From the NCBI GenBank assembly GCA_965223545.1, contig OZ245006.1, forward strand, positions 301,954 to 365,953: a stretch of DNA of 64,000 nt. The letters run 5' to 3'. The notes below the pieces were generated by a model. That model was not told where the DNA came from. It did not search any database and saw only the letters and a list, made by a program, of their open reading frames with translations. Shown piece by piece: positions 18,122-27,080 of the stretch (position 1 is its first letter; each line of letters opens with the position of its first letter). The stretch is from Planctomycetota bacterium (GTDB taxonomy: Bacteria; Planctomycetota; UBA1135; UBA2386). The translations under genes were made by a program, and so were the position numbers.

Positions 18122-19738
18122 TCACCAGCCCTCGGGCACCAGGCCGAGTGCGCCGATCGGTGCGCCGGCGAACCGGCGGTGCAACAGGAGCGAGACGCGC
18201 GGGTGCACCAAGAGGGTGCACGGCTGATCGCGGTCCAGCTGGCGCTCCAGCGCGATGTGCTGCCGCCGGCGCTCCGCCGGCTCGTCGGCCGCCGCCAGCG
18301 CATCCAAGGCACGGTCGGTCGCGGCACTGGCGTAGCCCATCCAGTTACGGTCGTCGGTCGCCGACGAGTGGTATTCGGTGCGGGGGTCGCGCCACGGATC
18401 CTGACTGACGACCAGCAGGATGCCGTCGAAGTCGTGCGCGCGCAGCCGGGCCAGCATCGTCGCGAACGGCTGCGCCTCGACCTCCAGATCGACGTTGGCG
18501 CGCGCGAACGCCGGTGCGCTGAGGTCGGTGATGCGCCGGTGCTCGGGCGCCTCGCTGGCGATCAACAGGCGCACCTTCAGCCCGTCGTGGCCAGCGGCGC
18601 GCAGCCCTGCCGCTGCCGCCGCCGGATCGAAGCGCAGCGGGTCGCGTTCGAACTCCGGCGCATCGACCGTCCACGCCTCCGGCACCCGTGCGTGCCCGGC
18701 GAACAGATCGCGGACGATGCTCTGCCGGTCGAACAACCGCGTCAGCGCGCGGCGCACGGCGGAGTCGCCGAACGGCTGCCGCCGGTGGTTCCAGACGATC
18801 ATGTAGCGACCGCTGCCGCGGCCGTCGTAGACGACGTGCTGGTAGTGGCGCGCCAGCGCCGGATCGGCGGCCAACCGCGCCTCGCCGTCGGGATCGACCA
18901 GCCAGTCGATCTGTTGTCGGCGCAAGGCGACTCCACGGGCCACGGGATCGGTGATGAACAGCAGCCGCAGCGCGTCGAGGCGCCAGCGCTCGGGGTGCGC
19001 GGCGCGCGTCCAGGCGTGCGGGTTGCGCTCCAGCGTCCACTGCGCCGCATCGAAGCGCAGCCGCCCGTCGCCGGTGCGCGGCAGTCGGTACGGACCGGTG
19101 CCCGGCCCGGCATCGCGAATCCGCCCCAGCAGCTCGCCGAACGCGGCCGTACCGACCTCGGGGACCTCCCGCTCCTCGCCGCGCGCCAGCTGCGCGATCC
19201 GATCTTCGAAGAAGGCTCGGCTGACGACGAGGTAGCCGGTCGCCATCTGGCCGAACGCGCGCTCGCCGGCCTCGCGCATGCGCACGTGCACGGCGCCGTC
19301 GCGTTCCTCGATCGCCTCGACGTGCCGCAGCGCGGCGCCGATCTCGCCGAGGGCGAATCCACCGGCCGCGGCCACCCGATGGGTGAACAACACGTCGGCG
19401 GCGCGCAGCGGAGACCCATCGGCGAACACCGCATCGTCGCGCAGGGTGAAGCGCACGCCGAGACCGTCGGCGTCGCGCTCCCACGACCTTGCCAGCGCCG
19501 GTCGCAGCGCGGCGGTTCGCGGGTCGAGATCGGCAAGGGCCTCGTGGGTGTAGGCCAGCACTTGGCGCCGCGCGGTGCGCTCGCGGGTGGTGAACGGGTT
19601 GAGGTCGGTCGGCCGCTGAGCCGGGCCGGTCAGTACCCGGCGCTGCGCCGCCGCGGCCCCGGCGGGCGCGGCGCCGCCGGCGGGTGGGTCGTCGGCGCAC
19701 GCCGCCAACGCGCAGCACGCCACCACCGCAGTGGCCAC
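18122..19738 (-). CDS. Solute-binding protein family 5, lipoprotein; orphan
   Basis: GTG start gives MATAVVACCALAAC with a lipobox. The SBP_bac_5 pattern runs through the C-terminal 500 aa. Confidence 0.75.
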   Translation of the reverse strand: MATAVVACCALAACADDPPAGGAAPAGAAAAQRRVLTGPAQRPTDLNPFTTRERTARRQVLAYTHEALADLDPRTAALRPALARSWERDADGLGVRFTLRDDAVFADGSPLRAADVLFTHRVAAAGGFALGEIGAALRHVEAIEERDGAVHVRMREAGERAFGQMATGYLVVSRAFFEDRIAQLARGEEREVPEVGTAAFGELLGRIRDAGPGTGPYRLPRTGDGRLRFDAAQWTLERNPHAWTRAAHPERWRLDALRLLFITDPVARGVALRRQQIDWLVDPDGEARLAADPALARHYQHVVYDGRGSGRYMIVWNHRRQPFGDSAVRRALTRLFDRQSIVRDLFAGHARVPEAWTVDAPEFERDPLRFDPAAAAAGLRAAGHDGLKVRLLIASEAPEHRRITDLSAPAFARANVDLEVEAQPFATMLARLRAHDFDGILLVVSQDPWRDPRTEYHSSATDDRNWMGYASAATDRALDALAAADEPAERRRQHIALERQLDRDQPCTLLVHPRVSLLLHRRFAGAPIGALGLVPEGW

Positions 19739-19990
19739 GACCCGCGGCCAGACCTCGGGGGATGAGCGGCACAGCTGCACGATGGGGCGAGGCTGGGGCC
19801 GACCCGCGGCGAGGTCAAGTCGTGGTGCGAATGTCCCTTCGCCCGGCGCCGCGGAGCGAACCGACCCCGCCGGCTGGGCGTTGGGGCACCCCCGGGGTAG
19901 CTTTTTCCGACCGCGGGCGCTGGCTCGGGCACCGAACCCACGGCCACAAGGCGCCCACAAAGGCCACGCCGGCCCCGTAACATCCGCTCG

Positions 19991-20662
19991 ATGCAATCCA
20001 GGTTCGTGCTCTGGTCCGTGCTCGCCCACGGTGCGCTCATCCTGGGCGCGGGCGTGTACGCGACCCGGGGCGCCGACCCCCGCCCACTGCGGCTGCAGGT
20101 GCTCCCGCCGCAGCCCGCGCCACGGGAGGTGGAAACCAAGCCGCCGACACCGCCGCCCGCCGCCGAGACCACATCGACGGAGGCCGCGCTGGAGCGCCAC
20201 CTGCCGGCACCGCCGCAGACCTTCGAGCCACCTCCCGAGACCCTGCGCGACCGCCCCCTTCCCCGCCCGCTGCAGTGGACCGACGCGATGCTCCGGCCTC
20301 TGCGACCGGAACCCGAACCGCCCACCCAGCAGCCGCCCGAAAAGCCACCCGAAGAGCCGCCGCCGAGCCCACCACCCGCGCCGCTGGTCGAGGCCCGCAT
20401 CGTCGCCGGCCAGAACCCGAGTCCGCACTACCCGCGCGCGGCGCGCGATCTCGAGCTGGAAGGCGTGGTGCGGCTGCGCGCCCACATCGCCGGTGACGGC
20501 GGTGTCACCCGAGTCGAGGTCCTGCAGTCTTCCGGCCACGCGCTGCTCGACCAGGCGGCGACCGAGGCGCTCGAGCGCTGGCGCTTCGAGCCGGCCCGTC
20601 GCGGCGCGCTGCCGGTCGACAGCACGTTCGACCAGGAGTTCGAGTTCAGGCTGCGGGGCTGA
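19991..20662 (+). CDS. tonB: TonB-family energy transducer
   Basis: N-terminal TM helix, Pro-rich spacer (PPQPAPREVETKPPTPPP...EKPPEEPPPSPPP) and C-terminal TonB domain (YPRAARDLELEGVVRLRAHI...ALERWRFEP). Confidence 0.85.
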   Translation: MQSRFVLWSVLAHGALILGAGVYATRGADPRPLRLQVLPPQPAPREVETKPPTPPPAAETTSTEAALERHLPAPPQTFEPPPETLRDRPLPRPLQWTDAMLRPLRPEPEPPTQQPPEKPPEEPPPSPPPAPLVEARIVAGQNPSPHYPRAARDLELEGVVRLRAHIAGDGGVTRVEVLQSSGHALLDQAATEALERWRFEPARRGALPVDSTFDQEFEFRLRG

Positions 20663-20665
20663 GCC

Positions 20666-21505
<840 letters not shown>

Positions 21506-21543
21506 CGCGCTGGTGTGTCCACACGCGTCCCGGTCGAGGCTGT

Positions 21544-23820
21544 TCAGCGCCCGCCGATCACCGCGCGGAGCGCGTTGCTCGCGGTGACGCCCAGCGGGTT
21601 CGCCGGTGGGTCGACAACGGCCGCCTGCGCGTAGAACTGCGCCGCGATCAGGCTGGGATCGGCGGGGATCGACAATCCGATCCGGGTCGAGCCGGCGCTC
21701 GACAACGCGAGGACGATGCCGGCGGCCGCGTTGGTGTAGAGCGCGCAGTTGGGCATGCCGATGCCCGCGAGCGGAACGGGCAACGTCAGCGCCCCCCACT
21801 GGCTGCTCGAGTCGCCCAGCACCAGCAGGCCGGGGCTCCCGGGCGGGACCGCATCGAGCTGCAGCGTCGCGTTTCCACCCAGCCACGGCAACCCGTAGGG
21901 CGCGACCGACAGCGCCGGGACTCCCGCCGAACCGGAGCAACCCGCGCCGAACGGCACCGCCGCTGCCGGCGCGTCGGGGGCGAGGCTCCACCAGTCGTCG
22001 AGGAGGGTCAACCTGCCGATCGCGCCACCACTGATCCACATCCGGCCGCGCGTGCCGTCGTAGGCGGCGGCGTGCTCGCTGCGGGGGGGCGGCGGAGTGG
22101 CGGGGTTCCGCTGCGTCCAGGTGACGCCGTCCCACTCCCAGACATCCGCAAACTCACGGCCGGCACCGAAGCCGCCGAACAAGACCACACAGCCGCGGGC
22201 GCGGTCGAAGGTCAGCGTGTGCCCGGACCGCGGCGACGGAGACGCGGAGGGCGAACGCTGGCTCCACTGGCCACCGACCCACTCCCAGGTATCGCCGAAC
22301 GTCGTCGCCGCGTTGACACCGCCGAACAGCACGACGGCATCCCGGCGGGCGTCGTAGGCCAACGCGTGCCGCTCCCTCGCCGGCGGGGACTGCGGCGACG
22401 GCTCGGCCCGCCACGCCACGCCATCGGTCGACCACGTATCCCCGATGATCCCACTCGCCGCACGACCGCCGAAGACCAGCCCGCGCCTGCTGGATTCCAT
22501 CCAGGCGAACCCGTGCTCACTCCGTTCCGGCGGAGGGTTCTGCTGGTTGACCTGCCGCCAGTCGTTGCCGTTCCACGACCAAAGGTCGTTGTAGAACACC
22601 GCGCGGTTGCCGCCGAACATGAGCGAGCGGCGATTGTCGCCGTCGTAGACCAACGAGTGTCCCACCCGCGGCGGAGGCCGGGTCACCGGCTGTCGCTGAA
22701 CCCAGTCCGTGCCCACCCACTCCCAGGTCTTGTTGCCGTGGGTCGCCATCGGCGCTCCGCCGAACGCCACGACTCGATCGCGGCTCGTGTCGTACGCCAG
22801 CGCGTGTCCCTGCACCGGGCGGGGAGCCGGATCGTTGCGCAGTGACCAGTCGCTGCCGTCCCACTCCCAGAGATCGCTGCCGTTTCCGTACAGCACCACG
22901 CGCCGGCGGGCCGGGTCGTAGGCCATGTCGTGACAGATGCGTCCCGGTGGCGTCTGGGAAGGCTGCTGGCGCGTCCAGTTCGTTCCGTCCCAGGTCCACG
23001 TGTCATTCAGTGGTTGCAGCAGCACACCCCGACCGCCGAACAGCACGACGACCCCACGCGCCGCGTCGAACGCCATCGCGTGGTCGAACCGTGCACTCGG
23101 TGACTGCGCCGGCGAACGCACGTTCCAATCGCCGCCATCCCAGACCAGCGTCGTGTCCACCTCGGTGGCGAACCTGATGATGCTCTCACCGCCAAACGCC
23201 ACGATCTCGCCGCGCACCGAGTCGTATGCCATCGCGAATCCTTCGAGCGGCTGCGGCAATGGGGCGCCGGCGCGCAGCTTCCAGTTCGTGCCATCGAACA
23301 CCCAGGTCTCGTCGCTCGACATGGCGCCGACCGAGCCCCCCGCCAACACCATCACGCCGCGGGCGGCGTCGAAGGCCATCGGCGCCCGCCGCCGTGGACT
23401 CGGCGACGAGGCCGGCAACACTTGCGCCCATTGGCTCCCGTCCCACTCCCAGGTGTCACCGAGCGAAGCGAACAGATTGGTCAGCCCACCGAACGCGACA
23501 ACCACGCCGCGGCTCGTATCCAAGGCGAGTGCGTGACTCATGCGCGCCGGCATGCTCCCGGTGGGGATCAGGGTCACGCGAGTACCGTCCCAGTGCCACG
23601 ACTCGGGCACGACAGCACCGAGGCTGTAGCCGCCGCCGACCACGAGGACGCCGCGGCCGCTCGGATCGGTGGCCATCCGTGGCTCGCTGCGGAACCCGGG
23701 AATCGGTGCACGCGTCCACGACAGCTGAGCGGCGGGACAGGTGCAGCAAGACACCACGGCGAGGGCTGCTGCGCCCAGCGTGGCTCGGCCCGAGGTGATG
23801 GGGTGGGAATCGGGTCTCAT
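21544..23820 (-). CDS. Secreted Kelch-repeat beta-propeller protein (about 14 repeats) with a C-terminal about 120 aa Ala/Gly/Pro-rich domain
   Basis: Signal peptide MRPDSHPITSGRATLGAAALAVVSCC. Repeating unit '...VVLFGG....DTWEWDG..W..' occurs about 14 times. Confidence 0.8.
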   Translation of the reverse strand: MRPDSHPITSGRATLGAAALAVVSCCTCPAAQLSWTRAPIPGFRSEPRMATDPSGRGVLVVGGGYSLGAVVPESWHWDGTRVTLIPTGSMPARMSHALALDTSRGVVVAFGGLTNLFASLGDTWEWDGSQWAQVLPASSPSPRRRAPMAFDAARGVMVLAGGSVGAMSSDETWVFDGTNWKLRAGAPLPQPLEGFAMAYDSVRGEIVAFGGESIIRFATEVDTTLVWDGGDWNVRSPAQSPSARFDHAMAFDAARGVVVLFGGRGVLLQPLNDTWTWDGTNWTRQQPSQTPPGRICHDMAYDPARRRVVLYGNGSDLWEWDGSDWSLRNDPAPRPVQGHALAYDTSRDRVVAFGGAPMATHGNKTWEWVGTDWVQRQPVTRPPPRVGHSLVYDGDNRRSLMFGGNRAVFYNDLWSWNGNDWRQVNQQNPPPERSEHGFAWMESSRRGLVFGGRAASGIIGDTWSTDGVAWRAEPSPQSPPARERHALAYDARRDAVVLFGGVNAATTFGDTWEWVGGQWSQRSPSASPSPRSGHTLTFDRARGCVVLFGGFGAGREFADVWEWDGVTWTQRNPATPPPPRSEHAAAYDGTRGRMWISGGAIGRLTLLDDWWSLAPDAPAAAVPFGAGCSGSAGVPALSVAPYGLPWLGGNATLQLDAVPPGSPGLLVLGDSSSQWGALTLPVPLAGIGMPNCALYTNAAAGIVLALSSAGSTRIGLSIPADPSLIAAQFYAQAAVVDPPANPLGVTASNALRAVIGGR

Positions 23821-23947
23821 GTGGCGTGTCCAGGGTAGGCGACCTGATCGCCCCGGTGCCGCGGTGGCCGCTCTTACTGCAACGCTCGCCGACAAAAACT
23901 CCGTTCCGGTGTAGCAATGCACGCCTCCCGGGCGGACACCGAGCAAG

Positions 23948-26941
23948 ATGGCCCGCAGGGAAGACCAGCTGTTCATCCGCTTCCGGCGCCACGGCGACGC
24001 CGACGCGCTGGCGTCCGTCTTCGATGCCACCGCACAAGAGCTCCTGCGCCTCGCGCGGCATCTCGCGCCGGACGACGCCGCCGAGGACTTGGTCCAGCGC
24101 ACCTACCTCGACGCGATCCAGCACGCCGACCGCTACGACGCGAACCGCGGCGTCGTGCCGTGGCTGTGCGGCCTGCTCGCCATCCACGCGCGCCGTCATC
24201 GGCGCGCCTTGCAGCGGCGCAGGAAGGGCAACCAACGCCTGCGCGAAACCCCGCCGAGACGGACTCCGGATCCCGCCGCCACGGCGGAGAGCGCGGAGCT
24301 CAGCGCGGTGGTCCGCGCCGAGATCGCCCGCGCCGGCTCCCCGTACACCGAAGTACTGCAGCTGCAGCTCGAAGAGGGGCTCAGCGCGCGCGCGATCGCC
24401 GAGCGCTTGGGCCGGCCGCCGGGCACGGTCCGCACCCAGCTGGTGCGGGGCATCGACCGCTTGCGCCAACGGCTCGTCGGGTGCGCGCCTGCCACAATCG
24501 CCGTCACGACGGCTTCGACACACCAAGTGGCACCACTGCGCGCGGCCGTTGTGGCGGCGGCGCGGCGCGCGGGCCCATCGCTCGTTCCGGCCTCCACTGC
24601 CGCACTCGGAGCCCTCGCCATGAAGAAGCTCGCCCTCGCGATTCCGCTCGTCTTCCTCGCCACCCTGGTCGGGTGGTGGGCGATACCCACACAAGCCCCC
24701 CTGCAGCGCAGCGACCCGTCGCCGGACACCGCCGACCTCGGCGCCGCGACCGTCGGCAGCGCGCGCGACAACCGCGCCGCCGGGGCAACGCCGACCGCGC
24801 GACGGGCCGTCTCGCCCGCCGGCGCGCCGCGCACTCCGGCGCCGCGCCCGCTTCTCGCACGAGTCGTGGCGCTCGACGAGACTCCCCAGCCCGAGCGCTT
24901 CATCGTTGTCCGCGACGCCGGCCGACGCCTGGCCTCCGGCTGGACCGACGCCCGCGGTGAGGCGCGCTTCGACGACGTCCCCGAGAGCGCTCGGCTGCAG
25001 TGCGGTCCGGTGACCGTTTCGGCGACCGACGCCATTCGCAGCACCGACGCACCCGTCGTCGTGGTCCTTACCATGCCCGCCGGCAAGGCCGTCCGCGGGC
25101 GCGTCGTCGACGCCTTCGACCAGCCGGTCGCCGGCGCCGCCGTGCTGGGCTGGGGTGGCGGCGACCGCGACGACGGGCAGCCACTGACCCGGTCCGGCGC
25201 CGACGGCCGTTTCGAGGTCGACGAACTCCAGTCCAAGGTGATCGAGGTGCGCAAGGACGGCTTCGAGGTCGGCTGGAGCGGGTTGCTCGCGCAGGGCGCG
25301 GACGTGACGGTGCGACTGCGGCCGAACGACCGTCACTTGAGCGGCATCGTGCTCGCGCCCGACGGATCGCCGGCCGCCGGCGCCCGCGTCTTCGTCTTCG
25401 CCTACCTCGACCGCCCGGTCACCCACGGCGACAGCGGCGGTCGCAACTTCGAGGCCGCGTTCGACGCCGACGACCGGGGGCGCTTCGCGATTGGTTGGCT
25501 GCCCGCGGGCTCCGGCCACGTCGTGGCGACGCCCGGCACCGTCGACGCGAACACCACCCCGGTGTGGGCGGCGATGACGGAGCTCGGACTGAGCGGATCG
25601 ACGCGCGCCGCGCTGACTTTGCGGGGGGTCGCGACCGGCTCGGTCCGCGTGACGATCGCGGACGAGCACGGTGCGCCGATGCAGCGCGCGGTCGCGCGCA
25701 CGCGCGCCTCCGGAGTTGTCTTCGGCATGTCGGTGCCGATACGTGCCAGTGGGCAGACGAACGCCGAAGGGGTCGCCACGATCGATGGCCTGGTCGCGGG
25801 CCCGCACGTCGTGACGGTCTACCGCGGCAGCGACCGCCAAGAGCGGACCGCTGAGGTCGCTCCCGGAAGAACCACCGAGCTCGCCTTTCGCTGGGAACCA
25901 GCACGGACCTTCGCCCTGGAACTCGTCGATCCGGCGGGTCATCCGCACGCGCGCTGGCGCGCGCTCCTGCGCGGCGGCGGCCACACTACCGGAACAATCC
26001 TGTCGACAACGGGCGAGGACGGCATCGCGGAGTTCGAGGGACTCGCCGAAGACGTCTCCTACTCCCTGGTCGTTTTTGCCCCCAACCAGCCCATTCACCC
26101 GGTCGCACGCCGCGACGGCATCGATGCGGACACGGGGCGGATGCGAATGCAACTCGACGAGTCGCAGCTCCAACCGCGCAGTCTCCGTGGCCAATTCGTC
26201 GCCACCGACGGCCCGGTCACCGGCGAGGCAAAGCTTGTGCCGCTGGGCGGCGGGCTGCAGAACACGGCGGAACTCACCGACGGCGCGTTCGCGTTCGACG
26301 ACATGCCTCCGGGCCGCTACCGCCTGTTCCTCGACGCCACGGACCACGTCATGGACGCGCGCGAAGTGGAGATCTCTCCCGGCGCCGACACCGAGCTGCC
26401 CGCAGTAACCGTCGTTGCCGCGGCCAGGCTACGGGTCGCGTGCCCGGGACTCGGCGTCCAAGACGCCGACAAGCTCCGGGTCGCACTCGCGCGCACCCAC
26501 CCGGCGTTCGAGCTCACACGCTCCTCGGAGCAGGCCGCCGAGTGGCGCTGCGGCCACGCGATGCACCCCGGCACCTACCGGCTGTTGGTCTACGGCACCG
26601 ACACGCTCCCATTGGACATGGAGGTCGAGCTGCGCCCGGGCGACCAAGTGATCCAGTTCGAGCTGCCGGGGACCGCGACTCCGGTGGCGCTGCGCGCCCG
26701 GCTCCAAGACACGGACTACGGCGCCATCGCCCGCGGCGAAGTGGAGATCGAGGGCAACGGGGTTGCGATCCGCGAGCGGTTCTTCGGCCACTTCGACGAC
26801 ATCGAAGAGCAGCTCGCCATCCGCCGCTTCGGCCTCGCGCCCGGATCCTACGAAGTCACGGTGCGCGGCATGAAGGGCGAGACGTCGCAGACGATCGAGG
26901 TGGGAACAGTTGCGCTCGACGTCGATCTGGCCGTGCGCTGA
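23948..26941 (+). CDS. ECF (sigma-70 family) sigma factor fused in-frame to a TM helix and a large extracytoplasmic Ig-like / carboxypeptidase-regulatory-like repeat region (997 aa)
   Basis: Region 2 (DLVQRTYLDAIQHADRYDANRGVVPWLCGL) and region 4 (LSARAIAERLGRPPGTVRTQLVRGIDRLRQRL) are in the first about 180 aa. There is no in-frame stop before MKKLALAIPLVFLATLVGWWAI, a TM or signal-like segment. CarboxypepD_reg-like units follow, for example GRVVDAFDQPVAGAAV...ADGRFEV. Confidence 0.65.
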   Translation: MARREDQLFIRFRRHGDADALASVFDATAQELLRLARHLAPDDAAEDLVQRTYLDAIQHADRYDANRGVVPWLCGLLAIHARRHRRALQRRRKGNQRLRETPPRRTPDPAATAESAELSAVVRAEIARAGSPYTEVLQLQLEEGLSARAIAERLGRPPGTVRTQLVRGIDRLRQRLVGCAPATIAVTTASTHQVAPLRAAVVAAARRAGPSLVPASTAALGALAMKKLALAIPLVFLATLVGWWAIPTQAPLQRSDPSPDTADLGAATVGSARDNRAAGATPTARRAVSPAGAPRTPAPRPLLARVVALDETPQPERFIVVRDAGRRLASGWTDARGEARFDDVPESARLQCGPVTVSATDAIRSTDAPVVVVLTMPAGKAVRGRVVDAFDQPVAGAAVLGWGGGDRDDGQPLTRSGADGRFEVDELQSKVIEVRKDGFEVGWSGLLAQGADVTVRLRPNDRHLSGIVLAPDGSPAAGARVFVFAYLDRPVTHGDSGGRNFEAAFDADDRGRFAIGWLPAGSGHVVATPGTVDANTTPVWAAMTELGLSGSTRAALTLRGVATGSVRVTIADEHGAPMQRAVARTRASGVVFGMSVPIRASGQTNAEGVATIDGLVAGPHVVTVYRGSDRQERTAEVAPGRTTELAFRWEPARTFALELVDPAGHPHARWRALLRGGGHTTGTILSTTGEDGIAEFEGLAEDVSYSLVVFAPNQPIHPVARRDGIDADTGRMRMQLDESQLQPRSLRGQFVATDGPVTGEAKLVPLGGGLQNTAELTDGAFAFDDMPPGRYRLFLDATDHVMDAREVEISPGADTELPAVTVVAAARLRVACPGLGVQDADKLRVALARTHPAFELTRSSEQAAEWRCGHAMHPGTYRLLVYGTDTLPLDMEVELRPGDQVIQFELPGTATPVALRARLQDTDYGAIARGEVEIEGNGVAIRERFFGHFDDIEEQLAIRRFGLAPGSYEVTVRGMKGETSQTIEVGTVALDVDLAVR

Positions 26942-27080
26942 GGGGCGGCGGGCAAACGCGAAGCGCAGTCAAAGCGCAACAGCGCAACATCACAACGATA
27001 GGGCATGGTGGTTGGTTCCCCCCGTCCAAGGTCCCCGGTCGCACCGCCCGCGGCCGTCGAGCCAGGTTAGACTCGACGCC

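Noticed and set aside
19800-19990. CCCGGG-centred palindrome and 'gtagcttttt' in the tonB upstream region as a terminator or riboswitch
   Set aside because: The stem is only 4-5 bp. The region is a divergent promoter zone between the SBP5 and tonB starts, where a terminator makes little sense.
23456-26347. 963-aa minus-strand ORF opposite the ECF-fusion gene
   Set aside because: The plus-strand frame has clear sigma-70 region 2 and 4 motifs and CarboxypepD_reg-like repeats. The minus frame is low-complexity.
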